This document shows, in pieces, positions 50,518 through 64,000 of a stretch of 64,000 nucleotides of DNA (position 1 is the stretch's first letter; each line of letters starts with the position of its first letter). Source of the stretch: Callorhinchus milii (lineage: Eukaryota); NCBI RefSeq assembly GCF_018977255.1, contig NW_024704743.1:76448001-76512000 (forward strand), in the 5' to 3' direction. The notes under the pieces were generated by a model. The model was not told the DNA's origin and did no database searches. It worked only from the letters and a program-made list of their open reading frames with translations. The translations under genes and the position numbers were made by a program.

Positions 50518-52133
50518 GTAAGTATTTCTGGTGGTATCTCTTTCCAATCATTTCAAACCTTGAACATGAATTGGCTAATAAATGAATGCTCTTTCACAGA
50601 GCAAACTGGAGAGCATTGGCTTAAAAGTTATATAGTTGGAAAACTTCTCCCTCCCCCTCCCGCCCCCTCTCCCCCTCCCCGACACTGGAGATATATGAAA
50701 CAATTTTCCAACAAAAGTAGTTTTTTGAATGTAGATTAATTTCTACAAATGGGCATATATGTAGGTCTGTAAGAATACATATAGACTGAGAACAAGTCTG
50801 CACAAAAGGGTTTGGAGTGTTATTTATGAAGTGAAGGAAACCAGGGGTGAATAGCGTAGATGTGGGTTTGGATATATATTCTGGAGTTTTTGTTTGATTG
50901 CCTTCAGGTATTTGTGCAAGATACAGTGGGGAAGGGGAATAGTGGGCACGTTTTCTGAGGTTAGTGGAAAGAGTGTGTTTTACAGACCAAATGGCTTTTA
51001 CTCACACCATTTTCTAATCTGAATGGGATCAACATTATATTAATTTCTCATCAATATACTTATAGAATGGCTTTTACAGGAATTCCTGTTGTCCTGCGAA
51101 TGGCTTTTCCAATGGGAAGTTTGTAGGTGAGCTCACTGATGCGAGACAAAAATCAGTCTCACTGTTTAGTGTGAACTAGCCTCCAGTCCGAGGCAGTGTT
51201 TGATACTTGGAGCAGCGTCAAGGACTTTGAGGAAGGTATGTCTGATACAGTGTCTGCTGTGGCCAAGTGCTCTGATGTGACGGGTAGATCTCTTGCAACC
51301 AGGTTTTCAACTTTTTAAAAAAAACTTAGTTTCTTCTCGCAAATTGTATTTTTTCCCAGGGATCTCCTTTCATTTTCCCCAAACCTGTCGCTGAATGAAT
51401 ATTATTTTCAGCAGCATCTTGAGAAAGATGTTGGGTTGCAAGGGTTGTTATTATAATTAGTCTGCAATTGAAGTGCTCTATCGAATACAGATGTAAAAAA
51501 AATCCAGATTGAAAGCTGAGAAGTACTACCGAAGTGCGATTAATTGAGTGGCCCACTTTTTCTTGGATTTGAAATAGCATGATATCGTGCCGAAACATGC
51601 CAAAGAGCTTCATGGCGGCAGTGCAACAGAGACCAACAAGTATGATGCCTAATATGAGAGAAATGAGAGCTGAGTAATTTTATGTGCAAAGAGACAGCAG
51701 AACAATATAAAGTAATGTGTACATTTTATTCTCATGAGATGGGTTAATTTTACCCTACTGATGATGCGTTGCTGCAATGGTAATCCTCGAGAACAAAAGG
51801 ATGTTTCCCTTGGTGTTTTGGCGAAGTAAAACAAAAGGCCACTCAACCAATCATACCTCTGCAGTATTCAGCAGCTTTCAATTATGTTCAGTACAGCACC
51901 AATAACATTGAACATTCTCAAAATGCTTCACAGAGAAATTGCTGATCAGTACAGTGACTGTATATTTGTAGGCAAATCCAGTAGCCAATTTGCTCACAGC
52001 AATTTCCCACAAACCGCCATGAAGTGAATAGCCGATTTTAACTATTATTGGAGATGACTATTTTAACTGTAGTCAAAGCTATTTTTTTCATATATTAGAG
52101 AACAGAAACTGGAAGCTTTCATTTTTTTTTCAG

Positions 52134-52279
52134 GCACCTCTATGGGAAAACCTACAACATTGTCCTGGGATCTGGCCAAGTGGTTTTGGGGATGGACTTA
52201 GGCCTCAGAGATATGTGTGTCGGAGAGAAACGAACCATTGTTATTCCACCTCACCTGGGTTATGGAGAAAAAGGAGTCG
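52134..52279 (+). CDS. FKBP9: FKBP9 exon 8
   Basis: tttcag / gtatgt; [48 protein letters not shown]; 146 nt. Confidence 0.93.
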
Positions 52280-54103
52280 GTATGTAAAACTGTGGGACTT
52301 TTAAAATCTTGCAGTGTGAATTTTAAAACACAGCCATGAGTTCATAATAAATTGTTTTCACTTCACATTTCACTCCGGATAATGTCTCAAAGTGCTTTCA
52401 GAGACAATATCGGTTACAGAATTGATTGGGTCTGGGGGTTTGACGGATACACGATGAAGATGACTGAAAACACAGGAACACGGAGAGGTTTTCAGAAGGG
52501 TTTTGAAAGTGGAGAGGGAGGATGCAAAGCGGATGGATTTTGGGAGGGAATTCCAGAGAGAAGGGTATAACAGCTGAAAGTTTGACTTCCAATGGAGGAC
52601 AGAGGGGGTGAGGGACATATAGCAGGAGAGTGGGATGTAGGAGAATGCAGAGCAAGCGTGTGTAGATTGATGCTTGGCTGGACTGAATGAAATCTGAAGT
52701 TCTTAAGCATCTGACTCTAGAATATTGGATACAGGATTCATTAACAACATCTGACGTATAAAGGAAATCAACTTGGCAGTTGCAATACTCATAAAACTGA
52801 GTCTTCATTTCCAGTGTCATAATTTTAAGTATGATGAAGGAGCAGAGGTAGACCATTTGACCCCTCAAGCCTGCCTCGCCATTTAATAAGATCATGGCTG
52901 ATCTTCTAACCTAATTCCATTTACCTACCCTATCCCCATATTCCTCTATCCTTTAGAAATCTATCAACCTTGGTCTTGAATATGTTCAAGGATTGAGCAT
53001 CCACAGCCTTCTGGGGTAGAGAATTCTACAAATTCACTACCCTCTGAGTGAAGAAATTTTTCCTCAACTCAGTTTGAAAAGGCTGACCCTTAATCTGGAG
53101 ACTATGACCCCTAGTTTTAGATTCTCCAACCAGGGGAAACAGTCTCACAGCAATGTCCCACAAACAGTCATGGATTGAAAATGACCAATTTATTATTGTT
53201 TTTTTTTTGAGGGATTATTATTAGGAGTGTGGAGTAAGGAAACTTGCCCAAGCTTTCACCCTGCCTGGAATTGAACTCAAGTCTCTCACTTGCAAAGCGA
53301 GTGCTCCAACCACTGAGCTACAGGACTCCACTTATCCTCATAGATCAACCACCTCATCCCAGGAACCAACCTAGTGAATCTACGCTGCACCACCTTTCTT
53401 AAATAAGGAGACCAAAACTGCACACAATATTCTTGGTACGGTCTCACCAAGGCCTTATACAACTGCAGCAAGACTTCCCTACTCTTGTACTCTAACCCTT
53501 TTGCAACGAACACCAACATGGCATTAGCCTTCCTAGTTGCTTGCTGTACCTGCATACTAACTTTTGGTGACCGGTGTACAAGGACACCCAAATCCCTCTG
53601 AACACTAACACTATGTAGTCTCTCCCCCTCTAGAAAATAATCCACTTTTCTATTTTTACTACCTAGGTGAATAACTTCACACTTCCCCATGTTATACTCC
53701 ATCTGCCACCTTCTTCCCCACTCACCTAGCCTATTTCCCTTTGCATTCTTCGTGTGTCATCCTCACAGCTTACTCTCCCACCTAGCTTTGTGTCGTCCGT
53801 GAATTTAGATATATTAAGTTCTATTTCCTCATCTAAATCATTTATATAGACTGTAAATAATTGAGGCCCAAGCACTGATCCTTGTGGCACTCTGCTCGTC
53901 ACATCCTGCCAATCTAAGAAGGACCTGTTTATCCGTACTCTCTGTTTTCTTCCTGTTAGCCACTCTCCAATCCATGCTAATATATCACCTTTAATTCCAT
54001 TGGCTCTAATCTTATTCTACAGTCTTTTATGTGGCACTTTGTCGAATGCCTTCTGGAAATCCAAATACACCGCATTTACTGGTTCCCCCCTATCTAACCT
54101 GCC

Positions 54104-55533
54104 CACAGCACAGAAACTGCCCTGGTCAAGGTCACCAATGATATCCTGACCATCTGTGACCAGGGCTCCCTCTGTCTCCTCGTCCTCCTCGACCTATCGG
54201 CAGCATTCGATACGGTCGACCACGCTATCCTACTCCACCGCTTGTCCTCCCACCTCAACCTTCAAGGCACTGTCCTTGAATGGTTTAGGTCGTACCTTTC
54301 TCACCGTCTTCATTTTGTCTCGACGAATGGCTTCTCCTCCACCCCCCGCACTGTCTCATGTGGTGTCCCTCAGGGCTCTGTCCTCGGTCCCCTCCTCTTC
54401 ACCCTCTATATGCTCCCCCTTGGTGACATCATCCGCAGACATGGAGTTAACTTCCACATGTATGCGGATGACACCCAACTCTACCTTTCCTCCTCTACTC
54501 TCAACTCCACGACCACCGATGTCCTGACAGCCTGCCTGTCCGACATCGAGTCCTGGACGAGAGACAACTTTCTTCAGCTCAACGTGCGAAAAACCGAGGC
54601 CCTCCTGATTGGCTCACGTCAGCGCCTCCGCACCTCAGGCGCTGACACCATCAGCATCCAAGGCTGCACTCTCCACCTCTCAAAGCCAGTCAGGAACCTC
54701 GGCGTTTTGTTCGACCCTGAGCTGTCCTTTCTCCCTCACATCCGCACCACAACTGGCACCGCCTTCCATCACCTCCGGAACATCGCCAGACTACGGCATT
54801 ACCTCACCCCTCACGCTGCTGAAACTCTGGTTCACGCCTTTGTCACCTCAAGGCTGGACTATGGGAACTCTCTCCTCGCCGGCCTTCCCGCCACCTCCCT
54901 CCACAAGCTGCAGGTCATTCAGAACTCTGCAGCTCGTGTACTGTACCCGCACCAGGGACCACATCACTCCCACCCTCGCTCGCCTCCACTGGCTCCCCAT
55001 CCCCCAGAGGATTGATTTCAAGATCCTCATCCTCACCTACAAGGCCATTCACGGCCTTGCTCCCTCCTACCTCTCCGACCTACTATCCCCCTACCTACCT
55101 GCCCGTACCCTCCGTTCCTCTGGCTCCGGTCTGCTCCACGTCCCCCGCCCCAACCGCCCTACCATCGGTGGTCGGGCCTTCAGCCTCTCAGCCCCCAGGC
55201 TCTGGAACTCCATCCCCCAGTGCCTTCGCCTTGCTTCCTCCCTTTCCTCCTTCAAGGCCGGTCTCAAAACCTTTCTCTTTGACCGAGCCTTCAGCTCCCC
55301 TCTCGACTCTCTTCCCCCTCCTCGCTCCCTCCCTTCCCTCCCCTCACCCTGACCATTTCCCCCTCCTCGCACCCTCCCTTCCCTCCCCTCACCCTGACCA
55401 TTTCCCCCCTCCTCGCTCCCTCCCCTCACCCTGACCATTTCCCCCCTGCTTGGGTCCTGACCCAACTGTACAGCGCCTCGGGACGTCATCCCGACGTGAA
55501 AGGCGCTCTATAAATGGAATCTTGTTGTTGTTG
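54104..55533 (+). mobile_element. Young 5'-truncated L2 LINE (RT region with one frameshift) nested in a CR1
   Basis: [31 protein letters not shown] and YADD motifs; 3' UTR with tandem ~40 nt repeats and (GTT)n tail. Confidence 0.93.
55310..55447 (+). repeat. About 3 tandem copies of a ~40 nt pyrimidine-rich unit in the L2 3' UTR
   Basis: TCCCCTCACCCTGACCATTTCCCCC occurs three times. Confidence 0.85.
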
Positions 55534-56484
55534 TAGTTACATCCTCAAAAAACTCTATAAGATTTGTTAAACGTGATTTCCCTTTCGTAAAGCCATGTTG
55601 ACTCTGCCTAATCAGGTTATGATTTTCTAAGTACCCCACGACGACGTCCCTAATTAAGGACTCTAGAATTTTCCCTATCGCCGATGTCAGATTAACTGGT
55701 CTATAGTTGCCCATTTTTTGTCTCCCACGCTTCTTAAATGTCGGCGTTACATTTGCGACCTTCCAATCACTGGGAACCATTCCAGAATCCAGGGAATTTT
55801 GGAAGATCAAAAACAAAGCATCCACTATCTCTGCAGTCACCTCTTAAAACCCTATGCTGCAGGCTGTCAGGTCCAGGGGATTTATCATTTCTTAATCCTA
55901 TCAATTTCTCTAGTACTATTGCTTTACTGATGTTCATTTCTTTAAGTTCCTCACTAACAATAGCCTCCAGGTTCCCCTCAATTTTCAGTAAGTTTTCAGT
56001 GTCCTTAACGTGAAGACAGAAGCAAAACAATGTTTAATGACTACCATTTCTTTATTCCTCATTATAATTTCTCCTGCCTCTGCCTGCAATGGACCCACAT
56101 TCATTTTTGATAGTAACAATTAATGGTCAATTGATGGTCAAGCGCAAAATGAGACTTTTCTGAAATGTAATTTGGAGATGGTAGCTGTAGGATTGGTGTT
56201 TTTGGCAAATGTTTTTTTTCTGCTTCAAGTTATCTTCAGAGCTAGAACATCTATTTTATCTTACTATACTATAGATCCCCCCCAACCCCCCCCCCCCCCC
56301 ACCTGCATCCACTCCCTCCATCCGGCCCGCAGGAGTGAGGAGCCTTGTGAATATTGGTCAATGTAGCGTATTGAGACCTGCAATTCTTTGATTGCCATGG
56401 AAAAGTATTTGAACATCATAGCATAACAATGCCCTTTTACTAGAATGAGATGGGAATCACATATCATGAGTGTTTATCTTACAG

Positions 56485-56648
56485 CTGGGGAGGTGCCTGG
56501 GAGCGCTGTGTTAGTTTTCGATGTTGAAATGATGGAATTGGATGCAGGCCTCCCAGACGGTTACATGTTCATCTGGAACCAAGAAGTTTCTCCAGATCTC
56601 TTCAAAGAGATGGATAAGAATGAAGATAAAGAGGTTATTTTAGAGGAG
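56485..56648 (+). CDS. FKBP9: FKBP9 exon 9 (end of PPIase domain 4, first EF-hand)
   Basis: ttacag / gtaagt; [18 protein letters not shown]...LFKEMDKNEDKEVILEE; 164 nt. Confidence 0.93.
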
Positions 56649-56729
56649 GTAAGTTTATTTTTAGTTTGTGAAATCCCATGTCAAATAATTTATCCATAAT
56701 AAATGAATCATGATGTTGTGTTGTGATAC

Positions 56730-57340
56730 TTACATTGTTCCATTCAAATCAATGACCTCAACTTGGATATAGGGGTACGGAACCAAAGTTTGCGTATGAT
56801 ACCAAGCTCGGAAGTATTGTGAATAGTGAATGAGGATGGCAAGAGACTGAAGAGGATCTAAACAGATTAGCACATTGGGCTAATCAGTGGCCGATGAGTT
56901 TCAATGAAGGGAAATGTGACATGAATCATTTTGTTTAAAAAAAACATTATATTGAATGGCAGTATCATTGTCATTGAATGGCATTGAATAGCTTGAAAGG
57001 AGCTGAGGAACAAAGGGATTTGGGAGTGCAGGTACATCAGTCATTGAAAGTAGCATCGCAAGTAGTAAAGTCTGTAAAGAAGGCTAAAAGTATGCTGGGT
57101 TTTAGACACAAGGTTAATAGAGTACAAAAGTAAAAAGTTATGCTAAGTTTGTATAAATCGGTTAAGCCACAACTGGAGCATTGTTCCATTTCTGGGCACC
57201 TCACTTCATGGAAGATATTAGAGCCTTGGAGATTGTAGAGGAGATTGCAACAATGATTCCGAGGATGACGGGCTACAATTTTGAGGAGGGGTTGGAGAAG
57301 CTTGGCTTGTTTTCATTGGAGCAGAGAAGGTTGAGGGAAT
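56730..57340 (+). mobile_element. Degraded CR1 RT 3' fragment
   Basis: KFAYDTKL and LGLFSLEQRRLR-like motifs. Confidence 0.75.
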
Positions 57341-58059
57341 TGTTGGCCAGGACCCTGGGTGAAAAACAACTACAGTAGTGTGCTCAATTTATAGTTGGAG
57401 CTGTATATCTTAATATTGATTTGGCAGAATCGAGTATAAACTATTGCAATTTAATCATCTAAAATCAAACTCATGTAACACCCCCACTGTGATGGTTTGC
57501 ATTTTCCCATTTAACTTTACACCATTAAAGTTAACAATTGACAAAGAATGCGACCCACTCACCCTGCAAAATCAGTAGTTATCACTGATCAAATTGCCTC
57601 TAAAATGGTTAGGCACAACAGATCGTGGTCAGCTCACAAGTAGAATGGCAACATTTTGGCATCTGCTTACTGGCCGGTTTATTTCAGGAATTGGTTTGGA
57701 ATGGGGAGGGGGAGGTAGGAACACCAGCAAAACTGCATAACTCCAACTGGACTTGCAAACAACAAATCCTTTCAGTAACCAGACATGGTTTGCACCAACC
57801 TACAGGAACTCTAATAACTAGAAATAGATCAAAGCATATTTCCTGCAGGACAGGATGACACACTTTTGTTTATGAGAAGTCGCTATCCCACCTCTATAAT
57901 GACTCTATTATGAATTGCCATATAACAGAACCCGATGACTCTATTCATGGAAAGTGACTTGTTTTTTTTCCTATCCAACTTTCTCATACTCCCCAACCAA
58001 TCAGAACTCCATGAAGCAGTGTGGATGCTTTCTGGATGCTTCCCAAAAAATCATAGGCC

Positions 58060-58430
58060 CTCTACGGCCTTGCTCCTTCCAACCTCTGCAACCTACTACT
58101 GCTAAATCAACCTGTCCGCTCCCTCCTTTCAGCAGGCACGAGCTTGCTCCATGTCCACCCGCCTGGACCACCCCACCCCACCATCGGCAATCGGGCCTTC
58201 AGCTTCTCTGCCCCCATGCTTTGGAGCTCCATCCCAGTCCCTTTGCCTTGCTCCCTCCCTTGCCTCCTACAAGGCATCTTCAGTCACCCTCCTACCCTTA
58301 TTCTCCCTGCCCTTCACCCCTTCTGATCCCAACTCCCTGCTTGGGACCAGATTCCTAACTGTCAGGCGCCTTGAGATGTCCTCCTGAAGTGAAAGGCATT
58401 GTACAAATGTAATTTTTTGTTGTTGTTGTA
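58060..58430 (+). mobile_element. L2 3' fragment
   Basis: PTIGNRAFSFSAPMLWSS; (GTT)n tail. Confidence 0.75.
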
Positions 58431-58794
58431 GTATGATCCTTCTCATCTCTTTTGTAATTCAAAAGAGCCCTCAAAACTCTCTCTGTATAAAATCAGTTAT
58501 GTTTCCAGTGATGGTGGCTAAGCTCAGATCCTGAGTCTAAGAGTACTGTCAAGATTCGGTACCTCATAGGAAATAACATTACGGGATATAGTACATAGGT
58601 AGTTCAGGACATATGTGCATGCGACAGCCAGGAAGGTGAAAGGCGAACTAGATGGACCTTGGCCTTTTTTATCTAGCATTTCTTATGTTCTTATGTTCTC
58701 TGAGCTGGATGTTGTCTTCCGGTACTTTCTGAGTACTATTAATTGGACTTTTTTGGTACTCTCTAAAATCACTTTTTCCTCTTCACTGCTGCAG

Positions 58795-58974
58795 TTTTCC
58801 AAATATATCCTGGCTCAAGTAGCATCTGGCAATGGGAAGCTGGCCCCTGGGTTTGATCCAGACAAAATTATTGAAAATATGTTCACAAACCAGGACCGGA
58901 ATGGGGATGGCAAGATTACTGCTAACGAATTCAAGCTGAAAGATGAGGAGAACAACCATCACGATGAGCTTTAA
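58795..58974 (+). CDS. FKBP9: FKBP9 exon 10 (second EF-hand, HDEL ER-retention signal)
   Basis: ctgcag acceptor; FSKYILAQV...MFTNQDRNGDGKITANEF...HHDEL-TAA; joined CDS 1701 nt = 566 aa + stop; the HDEL end and NVFVGKGQLI favour FKBP9 over FKBP10. Confidence 0.93.
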   Translation, partial: FSKYILAQVASGNGKLAPGFDPDKIIENMFTNQDRNGDGKITANEFKLKDEENNHHDEL

Positions 58975-61900
58975 ACCAAACAGTGCAAATCTATGCTGCT
59001 ACTGAATGGAGGAGTAAAGGGTTACAGGTGTTTTTTGGCTTGGAGGTGGGTTATATCCATGTTTCACTGAACAACAGTGATAACCTACTGGCTAATAGCT
59101 GCAAAACAGTATTGTAGGTTTGTTACAACAAACGTACTAATCCCACTGGTTCATTTACTCTGTGAAGGATACAACCAAGCTTGAATAAGGTATTGTGTTC
59201 ACACAAATTGTGGATTTACTTCCTGGTAATGTTTTTATTGACGTAAGGTGTTCCTAAGGTGTTTGCGAGGTGTTTTTTTGTATTTGTATTTTTCAGTAGT
59301 TGGGAAGACAATTATAGATAATGATCTTTTAGCCCTCACCCTCCTATCACGATGGCGCTCTACATTCCGGGTACATATGATGTTTTGCTTGATACCTAAT
59401 TTCACATTGATTTTAATACACATTGACAATCAGAACTCCTGAGCCAAAGCAAAGTTAATCTTCCATCAGTTTTGACCGCATATTTATCATATAATCATAC
59501 AATGATGAGTTGTTGCACTTCTTGTCATTCTGCACCATTCATTAAAATACTATTACATTGTCATTGGATTCTGCAGACTTAGAATCGGTATTGCATGTGG
59601 AATACAGGGGGAGATGTTTAAAGCCTAACAATCATGAAAGTAAGCACCACTGACAATTATTTTGTACATCCTCAGTTTGCCAGTAATTAAATATGTTTAC
59701 TTACTTCATTGATTAAATGAGCATAAAGGAAAATATCACCAGTTCCTTTAGTCATGTTTGACCTTTGATTTAAGAGGGCTCCGTACCCATAAATTCAAAA
59801 AGTTGTGAGATTGTGAGTTATTTAACAATCCCAGAATTTGTAACACATATGCTATATATACATTCAAGGCTAGCAAATGCATCAGAGATGATAATATGGT
59901 TTCATAGTTGTGATCACATATTCCTTGTTGTACCAACAGTGATACCATGTGCAAACCCCCACAACCAACCAAATTATTTTCATTTTCCTATTCCTCTGCT
60001 TTGCTGCATAACTTTGTGCTTTAAACTCCAGTCGAAAATTACTGACCAAAAAGGTGCAAGTTCACATCACCTGATCGCACAAATCCAATTGTGGCAGAGT
60101 CAGAGCAGGATGTGAAATAAAATGATGCACTCCAAAACATTATTTAGAATTACTTGATCCCCTTTTACATTATGCAATTTGATGGTAAACATCAAGTTAG
60201 TTTGCAATAAATCCCTCACAACATGACTGACAACACACACAAATTAGTTATCAATTTATTTTTGTAGGTCATTAGTGGCTAACATACAACTTCTATTTAT
60301 CTGTATGTTAGTATTATTTTTCCACTGCTGTGATATGAAATAGCACTGTCTTCATTTCTGCTATATACTGTGCTCCAACGATTAATGACCTTCCACAATT
60401 CCTGCAGCTTACAAGATTGTGTATCCGTCAGACCATGCATATACCAAGTCATGAAAATAGGTGCTGATCAACTTATTGTGTCATTTACAAGGGGTCCCTC
60501 AGGAATGCATACTTGATCCCACTCAGTTTCTTGCATACAGTATATTACTGCCCCAGTGGATGTGGAAAGTGATTATTTATGGTGCCACCCTCTGCAGTGG
60601 TTGTCTCCATCTGAGAGAAAAAGCGTACTTAAATCAATCGACAAATGTTATCTTCAAGATCAAAAACCAAGTTAATCATTCTGTCTGGAAACATTAACTG
60701 GTAGTGCACACAAACCTCAGGTCTTTGTGAATTGCAGACTTTCTTCAGCACATTTGCCAGGTAGCCACATCTCATGTAACAAGTTACAAGATTGGTAAAG
60801 TGGAAATTCTCAACAAAGATTTAACTGACATACTCTCAGCAATTTTTATTGATGAGAGTAGTGAACTCTTTTTTATTTAAAGATGAGTATCCATATCCAT
60901 TCATTGAATATTTGTAGTTCTATTTATCAGGTTGAACAGAGAATGTTCACTTTTTCCTGAATGCATTTATAGTCCAAAGCCATTCAGACCAGGCCAAGAT
61001 TTGGACTATTTTGTCCCCCTTTGACACACTAGTCCAAACATTGTAGTTACAGCTCAGGTGTCAGCCTTCAGTATTACTGTGTTCAAGGCTTGCTAGCACT
61101 TAGACTGAACTTTCTTGTTTACAGTTGGGAACACAAGGTACTTTCAGCAGCACCTCAATATTTAGAATTGATAGAATAAGTCCAGATACAATTGTAGTAA
61201 CAAACTTTCACTATATTTTCTGTGAAATGCATCCAGATTTGCGTAAAACTCTGCCCCTTGTACTCAAGTTGAAATGTAGAGGCGATACTTGTTGAGCCAG
61301 TCAAGTTCTGGCAAATATTAAGTTACAGGATATGTTAACCCAATGACGCTTCTCCAGGCATTGATTCCAGCAATCACCAGTCAATTTTATGTAACATTTT
61401 ACCTTTTCGTGGTTGTCTTGTGCTGGATCCTATTATTTCACTTAATACTGTCTTGTAATTAAATTAAAAGCACCGTAACTATTCTGACTGAAGCAAATAG
61501 TTGAAAAAGCCTGTCATTTTTGGAAGGAATTCTTTTCTGGAAATACAATTGTCTGAAAGAAATTCCAACAACAATTTCTCAAAACGTGTTTGACTTTGCA
61601 TTTTGGCAAAAACAAAATCTAATTTTAATTGTGAAATTAAATTGCATTGGTTTTTATTGTTTCTTCTGGGTGGTAGTTTAGTACAGTTCCAGGAATATCA
61701 GGGCAGATCGTGAATAGATAGGTTTGGGTAAAGAAAACTAGTTTTTTGTTAGCTCTGTGTTTTTTTTCTTAAAGTAAATTTTATTGTTCTTTTTTCCCCA
61801 AAAGTTAGCAGGATTTTAATATCAGCGAACTTTTATGAAAGATGCAGAAATCACATTGCGGTACCGATTACAAAAATTGTATTGTGTTGGAAACATGTTT

Positions 61901-64000
61901 CCTTAGGGACCAAGGTTTTTCACGAGTTATACATCTTGAAGTATCGCTCTTGGTAACTATTGCGGTCTTTCACTTGCTTTACACAGAGCACCATGACTTA
62001 CACGTTTTTTAAATCCAAGTTCATTTTTAAATCTGAACAGTTTTTTTTGGCTTTGTAAACCTTTTCTATTGAATAAATACCCTTGTGTTTGGTAGCCTTT
62101 GTGTATGATTTCTTTTCTGTGATCTGTGTGGTCTGCACCATTGATTTTTCGGGAAGGAGGAAAATTAGATTAATTATTTTAAAAACTTCCTTTTTCAAAA
62201 ACTGGATTTTTTTCAGGTGTGCATTAGTTTTTGGTCATGAATAGTATACAAGGATGTGGACAATTTAATTTTAATTAAAGGATATGACACAATCAACATT
62301 ACGAGAGGAGGCACTCCAGGTATCTTAGTAGGAACTATGCTTCAGAAGTTATCTTGTGGAAGATACCCACTGTAGTGATGACTATTTCTTACTGTGCAGA
62401 ACACCAACTAAAGTCGGGGGGTGGGAGGCAGTTACTCGCAAGAAGATGGTTAGCTTGAAATTCTCCCATTGTACATTTAGATTATCAATATATCTCCTGA
62501 TTTTTTTTAGCCGTGTGTTTTTTTTATTGGGGGGGAGGGTGGGGGGTGCGGAGATCCTACGTCTTAACAGTAGTAACATTCCCCAAGTGTGCTGACATCA
62601 TAGGGCCCAGACTTCGAACTTCTTATCTTGAGCAGCAAAGTAAAAATTACAGAGCTGAAATGGCTAAGTTTAATCAACAATAGGTATATCTACATTATTG
62701 CACACCTTTTCAGAATACGATAATTGACAAAAATAGCCAGAACTATTGGAAGCATTGAAGCATCAAATTTGATCAAACATGTTCAATTGTATATCGTTTC
62801 TCAGGTCAATATTTTTTGACATAAATTTTTCATTGGAGTGGAAACCCAGCCCCATGAAAACCAAGTCTTCAATCAACGTATTGAGAATTCCACTTAGTTT
62901 GGTTTGCAGTTTTTTTTATATAGATATACCTGGTTTACCTAATCCCAGAGAATAGCGATACACTTTGACAGCCAGGGTGCATTTGGATACTGACAGACTT
63001 TAGCTAGCTTAAACTGCACATCTTACTATTACAAACATTGGCAAGCTTCCCGTTACTTGTTCACCTTATCAGCTGTGCTTTGGCTTGCAAAGACAGGCTA
63101 ACAGGTTCATCATCAATATTGCACCACATATATTTCATCAAGAATTAATAGCTTTCAGTGTTTTAATTGAATGGCTATACATCCTTTCCCCTGACAATTG
63201 ATACATTCTGTAATTCAACAGTAAGTTTTGATAACGATTGGACAAATTCTTGTTTGAATGTCCACCCTGATAATTATAGTTCAGGTTATTTGAGCAGAGG
63301 GCTGTATTGATGCATTGAAACATAAAAATGACTTCTCTTAAAGCAATAGAAACCAACAATGTTCAATATTTAAAACAAATATCAAAGAAATAAGCAGTGG
63401 ACATGTGAGAAATACTGTACATAAAAAACTACAGGAATTTCAGCTTTTTACAACTTTTTCTTTGAAGTACATTATCAAAGGTAACTCACATTCACTCAGA
63501 ACTATCTACAGCTGATTAAGCTTTTGAAACACTTAAATGGAGAACTCTGAATGCTCACCCCTTAGACATGACAACTTGTGATTTACTTGTTCCTAACAGC
63601 TGATTAGAGGCACTCAGCAAATCAGGTTTACAATAATCTTGGAATCACATTAAACACCACAGACATTTTTTAAAACTCAAAAGATTTTAAACTATAACAT
63701 TTAATTAAATTTAGTTGTGTAAATCTGTGAAGCAGGCCTTTGGCTTTACAGTCCTGATTGTGTTAAAAAGGACAGGTTAAAATACTGGACAGGTAAAATT
63801 CTGCTTATTCATTGTGCAAACCATCTACCTTTGCCTACTTTAGTGAAAAAATGTCCCAGAGCACATCCATTTTTTAATTTACGAGTGAGCAATACATTCA
63901 GTAAAAAGGTTGGATTTTTTTTAAAACATAAGATTTCCTTTAAGAATATAGAGTAGCCGCTGAATTGAAGCTCCAGTCATGGGTGAGCACCTTTAGTCTT

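Larger units (their letters stand above)
52830..56110 (-). mobile_element. CR1 LINE RT region interrupted by a SINE (53146-53330) and an L2 (54104-55533)
   Basis: WKVANVTPTFKK, NYRPVNLTS, QHGFTKGKS, KCEVIHLG and YCVQFWSPY motifs. Confidence 0.88.

Noticed and set aside
55310..55447. CRISPR-like or other functional array
   Set aside because: Spacerless pyrimidine tandem repeat within an L2 3' UTR in a vertebrate genome

Overview
Vertebrate genomic DNA. The DeuSINE/L2/CR1/Penelope repeat landscape and the protein sequences suggest a cartilaginous fish (inference). The window holds three spliced genes: the 3' part of SUSD5 (+; sushi exon and large terminal exon), complete CRTAP (-; 7 exons, 396 aa, one GC-AG intron) and complete FKBP9 (+; 10 exons, 566 aa, HDEL end). 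CRTAP and FKBP9 are head-to-head across a ~0.8 kb CpG-island promoter. Introns are packed with tRNA-derived SINEs, L2 and CR1 LINE fragments (often nested), a pogo/Tigger-like MITE and an unclassified ~450 bp repeat. The most notable unannotated signal is in CRTAP intron 6 (~22.9-25.5 kb): a decayed, rearranged endogenous foamy-like retrovirus with an integrase C-terminal domain, Env leader and Env TM motifs, plus a second env-like piece on the opposite strand. Also seen: near-perfect hairpins, templated-insertion scars (including a copy of FKBP9 exon 4 in intron 1), a GC-shifted SINE in the CpG island, and facing poly(A) signals. Family assignments come from recognition by eye and recalled reference sequences; no database search was run. 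Repeat boundaries are approximate.
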